NCBI GenBank assembly: GCA_041671565.1 | Contig: JBAZBH010000004.1 | Span: forward strand, 9,308 to 73,307 | Reading direction: 5' to 3' | Source: Patescibacteria group bacterium | GTDB taxonomy: Bacteria > Patescibacteriota > Patescibacteriia > JACRDY01 | DNA length: 64,000 nt | Shown here: positions 19,092 to 28,642 of the stretch, piece by piece | Layout of the letters: each line of letters opens with the position of its first letter | Position numbering within the stretch: the first letter of the stretch is position 1 | Notes under the pieces: model-generated | What the model saw: only the letters and a program-made list of their open reading frames with translations | Told to the model about the DNA's origin: nothing | The model's database searches: none | Translations under genes and position numbers: made by a program

Positions 19092-19586
19092 ATGGTATTT
19101 TTGCCCGCTAACGATCCGATGCAACCGGATAAAAACCGCAAGTTAATCTACGCGATTGTTGCCGTGGCAGTTTTGATTTTAGTGGTTTTTGGTTATATTC
19201 TATTGAAGTGGTGGCAGAGGCCGCCTGCCGAACCGCAGGGACAGACGCCGGCAATTAACCAACCAGTTAATGAGGCGCCGGCAGTTAATCAGCCAACCGC
19301 CGAAAACCCAGAAGGCAAGCCTTCGGCGGGCGAAGTAACCAAGGTTAAGGGGGAAAATGGCAATTATTTAACTTTGGCCGAAGTAGAGAAAATATTAAGT
19401 GAAGCTAAGCCGGTTCTGGGGCCAGACGCGGATAATGACGGCCTGAGCGACAGTGAGGAAAAGTTTTATGGCACAGATAAGAATAACCCCGACACTGACG
19501 GCGACGGCTATAAAGACGGGGAAGAGGTGCAAAAAGGCTACAATCCGCTTGGCCCCGGCCGCGACATCAAGATCTTTACTCAATAA
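19092..19586 (+). CDS. Small TM-anchored protein with bacterial TSP3-type Ca-binding repeats (paralog 1 of 3)
   Basis: N-terminal TM; PAINQPVNEAPAVNQP linker; GPDADNDGLSDSEEKFYGTDKNNPDTDGDGYKDGEEVQKGYNPLGPG. Confidence 0.65.
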   Translation: MVFLPANDPMQPDKNRKLIYAIVAVAVLILVVFGYILLKWWQRPPAEPQGQTPAINQPVNEAPAVNQPTAENPEGKPSAGEVTKVKGENGNYLTLAEVEKILSEAKPVLGPDADNDGLSDSEEKFYGTDKNNPDTDGDGYKDGEEVQKGYNPLGPGRDIKIFTQ

Positions 19587-19613
19587 ATAATAATAATTAA
19601 TTTTTTAAAATCT

Positions 19614-20396
19614 ATGTTTGATGATGCCAAAAAACCAGACACGGCTGTAAACACCGAAGACATTTTCTCGGAAGTGGATCAGACGCCAGCCACGCCAGTT
19701 CGCCAGCCGTTTAACCAACCAGCGGTTCCGCCAGCGCCGGGTATGCCTGAGCCGGGATTTCCCAGTATGGGCGGCGGCCGGCCGTGGCTCAAGATTGTCT
19801 TGGTGGTTTTGATAGTTTTGGCAGTGGTGGTTTTGGGGGCGGTAGCCGCGAAATTTTTGTGGCCGACCGGCAATACGCCAGCCATTAATTCCACGCCAAC
19901 TTTAAACCTGAATAGCGCCATTAACCAAGAGCCGGCGTTGAATTTAAACCAGCCAATTATTAATCAAGATGAAGTAGAGCCTTTAATCAATGAGCCGGTA
20001 GCAGCGCCCTTGGACAGCGACAGCGACGGGCTAACCGACGCCGATGAGATAAAATATGGCACCAATCCTTATTTGCCGGACACGGATTTGGACGGTTTGT
20101 TTGATAAAGAAGAGATCGAAATTTACAAAACCAATCCGCTCAACGCCGATACTGACGGTGACAGCTACCAAGACGGGGCAGAGGTGAAAGGCGGTTATAA
20201 CCCGAATGGTCCTGGCCGGCTCTACAGTCCGGCGGCGCCCGCCACTAATTCGAATCAAACCGCTACCCCGAGTTCAAGTTTTACCTGCCCAACTGCCACC
20301 GAGACCACCAACTGTATGCCGGTTTTAACTAGCGAACGAGCTATCTTTTGCCAATGGGTCAAAGACAATTGCCCGAATGCTAAAATTGTTTACTAA
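19614..20396 (+). CDS. Small TM-anchored TSP3-repeat protein (paralog 2 of 3)
   Basis: TM helix; N/P/Q-rich linker; [68 protein letters not shown]; Cys-containing C-terminus. Confidence 0.65.
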   Translation: MFDDAKKPDTAVNTEDIFSEVDQTPATPVRQPFNQPAVPPAPGMPEPGFPSMGGGRPWLKIVLVVLIVLAVVVLGAVAAKFLWPTGNTPAINSTPTLNLNSAINQEPALNLNQPIINQDEVEPLINEPVAAPLDSDSDGLTDADEIKYGTNPYLPDTDLDGLFDKEEIEIYKTNPLNADTDGDSYQDGAEVKGGYNPNGPGRLYSPAAPATNSNQTATPSSSFTCPTATETTNCMPVLTSERAIFCQWVKDNCPNAKIVY

Positions 20397-20398
20397 TT

Positions 20399-21397
20399 AT
20401 GTTCAATTGGGGCAAGAAAAACACGGCCACGCCCGCGGTTAAGCCAAAACCGGCGGCCAAATTGCGGCCGGAAGAAATCCAGGTGATGCCGCGGCAGTTT
20501 TTTGCTACCTCGCATTCAGGGCTTAGTTCTCGCGCCAAAGTGATTATTCTTGTAGTTTTATGTCTAATTTTAATTGGCGCTTTGGTGGTGTTTTTCGCGG
20601 TTGACTGGCGAACAGTTAATCAGTTGGCAGTTAATTCCACTCCGGCAGTTAACGAACCGGTGGTTGCTCCGGCAGTAGAAGAAGCGCCGGTGGCGGTTAA
20701 TGCTAATATTAACGCCGAAGCTTTGCCTGAGGTGAATGCCAATCAGCCGACTACGGAAGTTAAGCCAATCGCTGAAGAAACGCCGACAACCGGCGGCGCG
20801 ATAACGCCAGTGTCGTCGCCAGTGACGGTTAAGCTAACCAGCGGGCCGGATGCTGATGGCGACGGTCTGACTGACGCCGAAGAAGCGGCGCTGGGCACCA
20901 ATCCAAACAAGCCCGATACCGACGCCGATGGTTATGTAGACGGCCAAGAGGTGAGGAGCGGTTTCGACCCGTTATTGCCCAATAAGACGCTAAGCGCTTC
21001 CAAAGCGGTCCAGAATTATGCCAGTCCGATTTATCATTATAACTTGTTTTATCCCGCCGCCTGGAAGGTACGGGCGATGGATGAAACCGGCGCCCAACTG
21101 ATTATTCAGCCGCCGGCCGGCAAAGAGTTTCTCGAGGTGATTGTGATTGAGGGCGTTAGCGGCGGCCTTGGCAAGTGGTATCAGACTTATGTTAGCCAGT
21201 CGGCCAGCCAGCCGGCGGTCGCTCAGCTTAATAGCTGGCAGATAATCTATAGCGACGATCATTTAACCGCTTATTTAAGTCAGCCGGACCTGAAGCAGGT
21301 ATTTATTGTTAATTATAATAACGCCGGGCAAGCGGAGTTAAGCTGGCAGACAATTTTTCAGCTGGTGATTAATAGTTTTAAGCTGGCGGCTAGTTAA
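20399..21397 (+). CDS. TM-anchored TSP3-repeat protein with extra C-terminal domain (paralog 3 of 3)
   Basis: TM; [25 protein letters not shown] linker; [46 protein letters not shown]. Confidence 0.65.
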   Translation: MFNWGKKNTATPAVKPKPAAKLRPEEIQVMPRQFFATSHSGLSSRAKVIILVVLCLILIGALVVFFAVDWRTVNQLAVNSTPAVNEPVVAPAVEEAPVAVNANINAEALPEVNANQPTTEVKPIAEETPTTGGAITPVSSPVTVKLTSGPDADGDGLTDAEEAALGTNPNKPDTDADGYVDGQEVRSGFDPLLPNKTLSASKAVQNYASPIYHYNLFYPAAWKVRAMDETGAQLIIQPPAGKEFLEVIVIEGVSGGLGKWYQTYVSQSASQPAVAQLNSWQIIYSDDHLTAYLSQPDLKQVFIVNYNNAGQAELSWQTIFQLVINSFKLAAS

Positions 21398-21405
21398 TAA
21401 AACGG

Positions 21406-21885
21406 ATGCGAATAGAAATAAACAAACAAGTGCGGTCGCCAATCAGCCCGCGGCTAGTTGAAAAAATCGGCCGGGCGTTTGTTTCGCTGGTTTTGGTTAA
21501 TTGGCGGGAAGTATCGCTTGGCATAGTGGGGGACAGCGAGATAAAAAAGTTGAATCGCCGTTATCGCCACCATGATCAAGTGACCGATGTTCTCAGTTTT
21601 GCCGTCTCGCCTGATAATTTTCCCGCAGCCAGCGTGGTTACCGGCGGTGAGATTATCATTTGTTATCCGCAGGCCGTCCGCCAGGCCAAAGCCGCCGGGC
21701 GGCCGATTGCCGAGGAATTCAGTTGGCTTTTAATCCACGGTTTGTTGCATCTGTCCGGTCTGGACCATGAGAAAAGCGCCAAAGAAGCCAAAATTATGGC
21801 TCGTTTGGAAGAAAATTTGTTATCTCAGATTTGGCGAAAAAAGGCAAAAAGAGGTATAATTAGGCAAGTTAAAAAAAGCCGATAG
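21406..21885 (+). CDS. ybeY: Endoribonuclease YbeY (rRNA maturation)
   Basis: HGLLHLSGLDHE zinc-binding motif (HxxxHxxGxDH). Confidence 0.85.
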   Translation: MRIEINKQVRSPISPRLVEKIGRAFVSLVLVNWREVSLGIVGDSEIKKLNRRYRHHDQVTDVLSFAVSPDNFPAASVVTGGEIIICYPQAVRQAKAAGRPIAEEFSWLLIHGLLHLSGLDHEKSAKEAKIMARLEENLLSQIWRKKAKRGIIRQVKKSR

Positions 21886-21896
21886 TCATCAACAAT

Positions 21897-23150
21897 ATGT
21901 CTTCCGAAGAATTAATCACTGGCCTGGATGTTGGTTCAGCTACCATTCGTATGGTAGTGGGCCAGCGGTCGGCCGAACAAAAACTTAATATCATTGCCGC
22001 CGCCGAGGTGTCGGCTGAAGGTATTAGCAAAGGCACGATTGTTAGTATTGAAGACGCGGTCGCTAGCATTAATAAATGCTTGGAAAAGACCGAAAAAATT
22101 GCCGGCGCCGCCATGGAAAAAGCCTGGGTGGGTATTTCCGGCAGTCATATTATTTGTCAGGAATCAAAAGGGGTGGTGGCGATTTCCCGGTCGGACGGCG
22201 AGATTACCGAAGAGGATGTGGATCGGGCGATTGAGGCCGCGCGGACCGTAGCGACCCCGTCCAATTACGAGATTTTGCATGTGATTCCACGGTCTTTCAG
22301 TATTGACGGCCAGACCAACATCAAAGACCCGGTGGGCATGTCCGGTATTCGCTTGGAGGTAGACACGCAGATTATTCAAGGCCTAGGCTCGCAAATCAAA
22401 AATTTGACCAAATGCGTTTATCGCACCGGCCTGGATATTGAGGATTTAGTTTTATCAATTTTGGCGGCGGCGGAAGCGGTGCTGACCAATCGCCAGCGGG
22501 AACTTGGTGTGGTTTTGGTTAACATCGGCGCGGCGACCACTTCCTTGATAGTTTTTGAAAACGGCGATGTTTTACATACGGCCGTTTTGCCGATTGGTTC
22601 TGACCATATTACTTCGGATATTGCCATTGGCCTGCGGGTTTCAATCGATACCGCCGAGCAAGTGAAGCTGAACTACGGCACAGCCTCAGCCAAAGATATT
22701 TTGAAAAAAGAAGAAATTGATTTATTTGACCTCGACCAGACCGTCACTCAAACTGACAGTGTGGTTTCTCGCAAATATGTGGCGGAAATCATTGAGGCGC
22801 GGGTGGAAGAAATCTTTGAAAAAATAGACGCCGAGCTGAAAAAAGTTGAACGATCCGGCAGTCTGCCGGCCGGCGTGGTTTTGATCGGCGGCGGCGCCAA
22901 GTTGCCCGGCGTGGTGGATCTCGCCAAAAGAAAACTAAAACTGCCGGCTTGCCTGGGTTTTGCCCAAAATCTAACTTCGGCGATTGATAAAGTGCAGGAC
23001 CTAGGCTTTCTCACGGCTGTGGGTTTGGTCGTCTGGGGTGACCAACTAACTCGCGGCAAAAAACGCGGTTTTTCTTTGTCGCAGTTTAAGAGCGTGGCGG
23101 TCGTCGGGGAGAAGATTCGCGGGTGGTTTAAGGGCATCAGCGGCAACTAG
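21897..23150 (+). CDS. ftsA: Cell division protein FtsA
   Basis: ITGLDVGSATIRMVVGQ actin-like N-terminus; SHSP/actin fold motifs; followed by ftsZ. Confidence 0.9.
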   Translation: MSSEELITGLDVGSATIRMVVGQRSAEQKLNIIAAAEVSAEGISKGTIVSIEDAVASINKCLEKTEKIAGAAMEKAWVGISGSHIICQESKGVVAISRSDGEITEEDVDRAIEAARTVATPSNYEILHVIPRSFSIDGQTNIKDPVGMSGIRLEVDTQIIQGLGSQIKNLTKCVYRTGLDIEDLVLSILAAAEAVLTNRQRELGVVLVNIGAATTSLIVFENGDVLHTAVLPIGSDHITSDIAIGLRVSIDTAEQVKLNYGTASAKDILKKEEIDLFDLDQTVTQTDSVVSRKYVAEIIEARVEEIFEKIDAELKKVERSGSLPAGVVLIGGGAKLPGVVDLAKRKLKLPACLGFAQNLTSAIDKVQDLGFLTAVGLVVWGDQLTRGKKRGFSLSQFKSVAVVGEKIRGWFKGISGN

Positions 23151-23244
23151 ATTTATTCCAGTTTTAGGATGTTTATGATATAATATCGGTAGTTATCTGT
23201 TACTGTTGATAAATTGAGTAAGATTAGTATTCATCATTATTTTT

Positions 23245-24405
23245 ATGGCTGAGGTCAAGCCCGACATTGAAACTTTTGCCAAGATAAAAGTTTTGGGCAT
23301 CGGCGGCTCCGGCGGTTCGGCTCTCAACCGGATGATCGCCGCCAAAATTAAAGGCGTGGAATTTATTGCCATCAATACCGATGTGCAAGCGCTTTATTAT
23401 TGTCAGGCGCAGAAGAAAATCCATATTGGCAAGGCGGTGACCAAGGGCCTCGGCGCCGGCATGGATCCGGATTTGGGCCGGTCGGCGGCGGAAGAAAACC
23501 AAAACGAGATCCGCGACGCGGTGCGTGACGCTGATATGATTTTTATCACTTGCGGGCTAGGCGGCGGCACTGGCACGGGCGCGGCGCCGATTGTCGCCGA
23601 GATTTGCCGCGATGTTGGGGCGTTGACGGTCGCAGTAGTCACCAAGCCGTTTGCTTTTGAAGGCGCGCAACGGCGGGCGATCGCCGAAAAAGGTTTGGAA
23701 GAATTGCAGAGCCGGGTGGACACGATTATCACTATTCCCAATGACCGCCTCCTGCAAATTATTGATAAAAAAACCCTGCTTTTGGACGCTTTTAATATCG
23801 TTGACGACATCTTGCGCCAAGGCGTGCAGGGCATTTCCGAGTTGATTACCATTCCGGGTTTGATCAATGTGGACTTTGCCGATGTTAAGGCGATCATGAA
23901 AGACAGCGGTTCGGCTTTGATGGGCATTGGCCAGAGTAAAGGCGATAACCGGGCGATTGAAGCCGCTAAATCGGCGGTTGCGTCGCCGCTTTTGGAACTT
24001 TCCATGGAAGGCGCCAAGGGCATCTTATTTACCATTTGCGGTTCTAAGAATCTAGCCATGCAAGAGGTGAGTGAGGCGGCGAAGGTGATTACCGCTTCGG
24101 CTGACCCGGACGCTAAGATTATCTTTGGCGCGGTGATCAATGAAGACATGGGCGATGACATCAAGATTACGGTGGTGGCGACCGGTTTTGAAAAAGGCCG
24201 CAAGCCGTCGGAGGCCATGAATCAGCCGACCGGTTATAAGCCCAGCCGGTTTATTAGCCGGCGCCAAGACGAGGCGGAGGCCGAAGAGAGCGATGACGAA
24301 GATGATGTTAAGCCGCGGGTTTTCGGGCGCAAAAAAGTAGAAGATAAGCCGGCAGATGATGAGGAATTGGATATCCCGGCTTTCATCAGAAAAAAAATGA
24401 AGTAA
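23245..24405 (+). CDS. ftsZ: Cell division GTPase FtsZ
   Basis: [13 protein letters not shown], tubulin signature [10 protein letters not shown], acidic C-terminal tail with DIPAFIRKK. Confidence 0.95.
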   Translation: MAEVKPDIETFAKIKVLGIGGSGGSALNRMIAAKIKGVEFIAINTDVQALYYCQAQKKIHIGKAVTKGLGAGMDPDLGRSAAEENQNEIRDAVRDADMIFITCGLGGGTGTGAAPIVAEICRDVGALTVAVVTKPFAFEGAQRRAIAEKGLEELQSRVDTIITIPNDRLLQIIDKKTLLLDAFNIVDDILRQGVQGISELITIPGLINVDFADVKAIMKDSGSALMGIGQSKGDNRAIEAAKSAVASPLLELSMEGAKGILFTICGSKNLAMQEVSEAAKVITASADPDAKIIFGAVINEDMGDDIKITVVATGFEKGRKPSEAMNQPTGYKPSRFISRRQDEAEAEESDDEDDVKPRVFGRKKVEDKPADDEELDIPAFIRKKMK

Positions 24406-24802
24406 ATTAGATAGCGGAGTAACGAGGCCTCTGGCCTCGTTGTGTTTTTAGCACAATCTCAGGTTGTGTTTTTTAGTTTATCTTACTAATTTTCTTTTGC
24501 CCATCGCCTGCGGCGGGCTTTGCTACTTTCTGTGACCAGAAAGTAGCGCAAAGAGTCCCGGGGTGGCCCCGCATGCGCAGGGGCAGGCAAAAAGCCCGAT
24601 CTTCGTGGCACCTGGGTTCTTCTCGCCCCGCCTCACCTCGCAGTCGCTACCTTTGGTTCTATTACCCCTATATATCGCTTTGCGGCAACATATATTTACT
24701 AGTTAGTAGAAAGGGTCGGTTCGTCTCGGTCCGCCAACTGGCGGACACCCCGGACCCCGATTCTGGTTGGTTTTGTACTTTTGAATAAAAGACACTGTAG
24801 AG
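24406..24802 (+). repeat. ~400 nt non-coding element, copy A (second copy at 48556-48989)
   Basis: Shares with copy B the 5' block aaattagatagcggagtaacgRggcc..ggcc.cgttgtgttttt, the core tactttctgtgaccagaaagta..aaagagtc..gggg, gttcttctcgccccgc and the 3' block ttttgaataaaagacactgtagag. Confidence 0.6.
24421..24449 (+). terminator. Intrinsic terminator after ftsZ
   Basis: aacgaggcctctggcctcgtt hairpin + gtgttttt. Confidence 0.6.
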
Positions 24803-24888
24803 ATGTTCTTAAATAAAAACTTAATTTGTATGAGGATGGTAGTTTGTTTCTGGCTTTTTGCGGTTATTTTTGCTAAGATAAGAGTAAT

Positions 24889-26298
24889 ATGGCATTAAAA
24901 CTCCACAATACTTTAACGCGGCAAAAGGAAGAATTCCGCCCGTTACGGGGCAAAAAGGTCACGATGTATCATTGCGGCCCGACGGTTTATTGGACTCAGC
25001 ATATCGGTAATCTGCGGGGGATGGTGATGGCTGATTTAGTAGTTCGGACCTTGAAGTATCTGGGCTATAAAGTTAAATTGGCGCGCAATTACACTGATGT
25101 TGGCCACCTAACTTCCGACGGTGACGAGGGCGAGGATAAGATGGCAAAGGGCGTTAAGCGGGAAGGCTTGTCGCCGCGCCAAATTGCCAAGAAATATATC
25201 AAAATTTTTGAGCATGATTATCGCGCCGTGAATGTTTTGGAGCCGGATTATAAGCCGCGCGCCACCAAGTATATTAAGGAAATGATTAAGTTGGTGCAGG
25301 AGTTAATAGCCAAAGATTATGCTTATCCGACTGATTTAGCGATATATTTTGATGTAACTAAGGCGGCTAATTACGGCCAACTTTCCGGCCAAGGGTTAGC
25401 TGATAAACTGGAAGGCGCGGGTAAAGGCGAGGTGGAAGACGGGCAAAAAAAACACCCGGCGGATTTTGCTTTATGGTTTTTTAAAGCCGGACGGCACCAA
25501 AACGCGCTGCAATTTTGGCCCTCGCCGTTTCAGTCGCCTTTAGTAAGAAGGGGGATTGGTTTTCCTGGCTGGCATATCGAGTGTTCGGCCATGGCGCGGA
25601 AACTGCTTGGCAAAACTCTGGACCTGCACATGGGCGGCATTGAACATATTGCTGTCCATCATACTAATGAAATCGCCCAGAGCGAAGCGGCTAATGGCGT
25701 CAAATTCGTTAATTATTGGCTCCACAACGAACATTTGTTAGTCAATGACCGCAAGATGGCCAAATCCGAAGGCACGGGCTACAGCTTGGCGGAAGTGGAG
25801 GAAAAAGGTTTTGGCCCACTCGCGCTCCGTTTTTTCTTTTTGCAGGCGCATTACCGCGGCAAGCAGAATTTTACTTGGGAAGCGCTCGGCGCGGCCGCGA
25901 GCGGACTCCAAAATATTTATAACCAAGTTAGGGAATTGGGCGGTAAAAAGGGCAAAATTAGCATTGAGTTTAAAAATAAGTTCATCGAGAAAATTAGCGA
26001 CGATTTCAATTTACCGCAGGCTTTAGCCGTAGTTGCCGAGATGTTGAAAGCGGATTTGCCGGCCAAAGATAAGCTGGCGACGATTTTGGATTTTGATAAG
26101 GTTTTGGGGCTGGGTTTAGGCAAACTGAAAAAAGAAAAACTAACCATCCCAGCGGCAGTTAAACAGTTGGCTGAAGACAGATTAAAGGCCCGTTTGGTTA
26201 AAGATTGGGCTAGATCTGACGAGTTGAGAAAGAAAATCGGGGAGCTGGGTTACACGGTTGAAGACGATAAAGACGGTTATCAGATCAAAAAAAAGTGA
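24889..26298 (+). CDS. cysS: Cysteinyl-tRNA synthetase
   Basis: MYHCGPTVY..HIGN (HIGH), KMAKSEGT (KMSKS), Cys-binding GWHIECSAM. Confidence 0.9.
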   Translation: MALKLHNTLTRQKEEFRPLRGKKVTMYHCGPTVYWTQHIGNLRGMVMADLVVRTLKYLGYKVKLARNYTDVGHLTSDGDEGEDKMAKGVKREGLSPRQIAKKYIKIFEHDYRAVNVLEPDYKPRATKYIKEMIKLVQELIAKDYAYPTDLAIYFDVTKAANYGQLSGQGLADKLEGAGKGEVEDGQKKHPADFALWFFKAGRHQNALQFWPSPFQSPLVRRGIGFPGWHIECSAMARKLLGKTLDLHMGGIEHIAVHHTNEIAQSEAANGVKFVNYWLHNEHLLVNDRKMAKSEGTGYSLAEVEEKGFGPLALRFFFLQAHYRGKQNFTWEALGAAASGLQNIYNQVRELGGKKGKISIEFKNKFIEKISDDFNLPQALAVVAEMLKADLPAKDKLATILDFDKVLGLGLGKLKKEKLTIPAAVKQLAEDRLKARLVKDWARSDELRKKIGELGYTVEDDKDGYQIKKK

Positions 26299-26345
26299 TA
26301 ATTTAATAAAGAGACGCGCCGCGGCGCGTCTCTACTAGTGCTAAC

Positions 26346-26900
26346 ATGTCAGATGATAAATTTAAGAATAAATATCGGATACCGTCGGCGCGTTTAAAAA
26401 ATCATGATTATTCCGGGGTTGGTCTATATTCGGTGACCATTTGTGTGAAAGATAGAAAATGTTGCTTGGGGGAGATTAAAGACGACAAGGTGGTTTTATC
26501 AGCGATTGGAGAGATAGTTAGAGAAGAATTGCTAAAAACGCCACAAATGCTGCCGAATGTTTTATTGGATACCTGGATAATAATGCCGAATCATATTCAT
26601 GCCATTTTTGAGATCATGTCTACCGGCGTAGAGACGCGCCGCGGCGCGTCTCCGCAGAATCAATTTGGTCAAATTTTTAGAAATTCCATCCCCGTTATTA
26701 TTAATCAATTTAAGGGTTCGGTCGTTCGTCGCATAAACCAAAAATACGGCCCCGGCCATTTTGCCTGGCAACCGCGCTATTACGACCATATCATCGCCGA
26801 TGAAAGGGAATATAACAATGTTGCTCAGTATATTCTGGATAACCCGAGCCAATGGCCGAAAGACGAGAATAACCCAGTAAACTTTAAAAATGCCAAATAA
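26346..26900 (+). CDS. REP-associated tyrosine transposase (RAYT) / IS200-like Y1 HUH transposase
   Basis: HuH motif IIMPNHIHAIF and catalytic Tyr region QPRYYDHII. The palindrome gagacgcgccgcggcgcgtctc lies upstream (26311-26334) and again inside the ORF (26628-26651). Confidence 0.75.
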   Translation: MSDDKFKNKYRIPSARLKNHDYSGVGLYSVTICVKDRKCCLGEIKDDKVVLSAIGEIVREELLKTPQMLPNVLLDTWIIMPNHIHAIFEIMSTGVETRRGASPQNQFGQIFRNSIPVIINQFKGSVVRRINQKYGPGHFAWQPRYYDHIIADEREYNNVAQYILDNPSQWPKDENNPVNFKNAK

Positions 26901-27837
26901 ACTGTTTAAAAGTCAGCCGCTTCTCGCTCTCGCGCCGATGGCCGGAATTACGGACTCGGCGTTTCGTTTGTTGTGCCGCGAATCGGGCGCTGATTTGGTG
27001 TACTCGGAAATGGTTTCGGCTGACGGGCTGGTTTATGGCAAAAAAAGTTGGGAATTGGTTAAATTCAGTTCACGGGAAAGGCCAATTGTCATTCAACTTT
27101 TTGGCAAGAAGCCGGACAAATTCGCCGCCGCGGCCGCGATGATTGTCCGGAAAATCAAGCCCGAGGCGATTGACATCAATATGGGTTGTCCGGCCAAAAA
27201 AGTCGTGCGCTCCGGCCACGGTGTTGTCCTGATGCAAGACCCGGCGCTCGCTTGCCAGATTGTCCAAGCCGTCAAAAAGGCGGTTGGCGATAAATGTTTA
27301 GTCTCGGTCAAAACACGCCTCGGCTTTAGCAACAAAAAAGAGATTTTATCGTTCGCGCCCAAACTGGAAAAGGCCGGTATGGATTTTCTCTGCCTGCACG
27401 GCCGGACTTACCCCCAAGGATTCAGCGGCGAGGTTGATTTACTGATGATTAAAAAAGTTAAAGATTTGCTTAAAATTCCGGTTCTCGCGAACGGCGGAGT
27501 GAAAACGCCGGAACAAGCCGCGGCGATGTTAAAAGTGACCGGCGCGGACGGGCTGGCGCTCGGCTTGGGAACTTTGGGCCGGCCGTGGTTATTTCAAGAA
27601 ATCAAAGAATTTTTAAATACGGGCGCTTACCGCGAACTAACTTGGTCGGAGATTAAAAAAGTAATGATGCGCCAGGCTAAACTCGCTTATCAGCAAAAGG
27701 GGAGTTTCGGCCTAGTGGAACTGCGAAAGCACTTGTGTTGGTACACTAAGGGCCATGCGGGCGCCGCCGAGTGGCGGGCGCGGCTAGTACGAGTGGAAAC
27801 GCTCCGGGATATCCAAAAGATTTTAAAAGAGATATAG
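26890..27837 (+). CDS. dus: tRNA-dihydrouridine synthase
   Basis: LAPMAGITDSAFRLL, IDINMGCPAKKV (FMN/catalytic Cys region), TIM-barrel Dus family. Confidence 0.85.
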   Translation: MPNKLFKSQPLLALAPMAGITDSAFRLLCRESGADLVYSEMVSADGLVYGKKSWELVKFSSRERPIVIQLFGKKPDKFAAAAAMIVRKIKPEAIDINMGCPAKKVVRSGHGVVLMQDPALACQIVQAVKKAVGDKCLVSVKTRLGFSNKKEILSFAPKLEKAGMDFLCLHGRTYPQGFSGEVDLLMIKKVKDLLKIPVLANGGVKTPEQAAAMLKVTGADGLALGLGTLGRPWLFQEIKEFLNTGAYRELTWSEIKKVMMRQAKLAYQQKGSFGLVELRKHLCWYTKGHAGAAEWRARLVRVETLRDIQKILKEI

Positions 27838-27894
27838 TTTAATTAATAGTTTTGGTTATTTATAATCATTTGTCGGTAATTCATATTAATCGTG

Positions 27895-27960
27895 TTATTT
27901 ATCCGGCTGGAAGCGATGCGAATACTACGAATTACATGCGAATGATGCGAATAATAAGGC
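27895..27960. repeat. GCGAATGCTACGAAT-word element (copy 2)
   Basis: ggctggaagcgatgcgaatactacgaattacatgcgaatgatgcgaat. Confidence 0.55.
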
Positions 27961-28028
27961 AATCAATTAACATAAGCGGTTTATAAAACAACCATTTAAC
28001 CAGGGCTCAAGTTGGCAGGAGGGCAAAC

Positions 28029-28400
28029 ATGAGTGAGGCAAATGGTTCTGGTAAGTGCCAGGTTTGCGGTTTTGATTTCAGAGTCGTGATTAGCGATTCG
28101 GAAGAAGCCAAACGGCTGGCGGAAGTGTGCCGGCGCGGCCGGCCGGTTCTTAAAGAACCGCGATTGGCGGTTGGTTTGTGGGTTTGGGCGACATTACCGA
28201 GCCAGAATGGCAACGGCATCCAGCCAGCGGTGGTCGGCCGGATCCGGGAGGTTATTTGGCTGAACGCGTTCACTGCGGTTTATCCCGAACGGCCGCATGC
28301 CATTGTGTATGCCGTTGAACTGTCCGACGGCCAAATAGTCAGGCTGCCCGATCGGTTAAAAGTCATCAGCATCCATCCAAGATCTTTGCAGGTAACATAA
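28029..28400 (+). CDS. Hypothetical protein with N-terminal CxxC
   Basis: ORF with RBS ggcaggaggg; CQVCGFDF; no recognisable family. Confidence 0.4.
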   Translation: MSEANGSGKCQVCGFDFRVVISDSEEAKRLAEVCRRGRPVLKEPRLAVGLWVWATLPSQNGNGIQPAVVGRIREVIWLNAFTAVYPERPHAIVYAVELSDGQIVRLPDRLKVISIHPRSLQVT

Positions 28401-28401
28401 A

Positions 28402-28437
28402 AGGCGGCATTTCATCAATGGCCGCCTTGTTTTTTTA
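28402..28437 (+). terminator. Intrinsic terminator
   Basis: aaggcggcatttcatcaatggccgcctt + gttttttt. Confidence 0.6.
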
Positions 28438-28640
28438 AAAAAGAGAATCAAGAATTAAGAATCATGAATCAAGAAGCCCTTTTTATTCTCTTATTCTTAA
28501 TTCTAGTTCTGATTTCTTAATAACTACTTGGTATATGGTATATCGTATATGGTATGTGGCTGCTAAGTTTACTTGGTTCTTTAGAGATTAACTTGGTATT
28601 AAACCCTCTTGATTCATGATTCTAGCTTCATGATTCTCCT
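28438..28640. repeat. Composite palindromic element: GAATCAAGAATTAAGAATC-word arms around a ggtatatggtatatcgtatatggtatgtgg core (inverted copy at 57606-57815)
   Basis: gagaatcaagaattaagaatcatgaatcaag ... cttgattcatgattctagcttcatgattctc. Confidence 0.65.
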
Positions 28641-28642
28641 TC

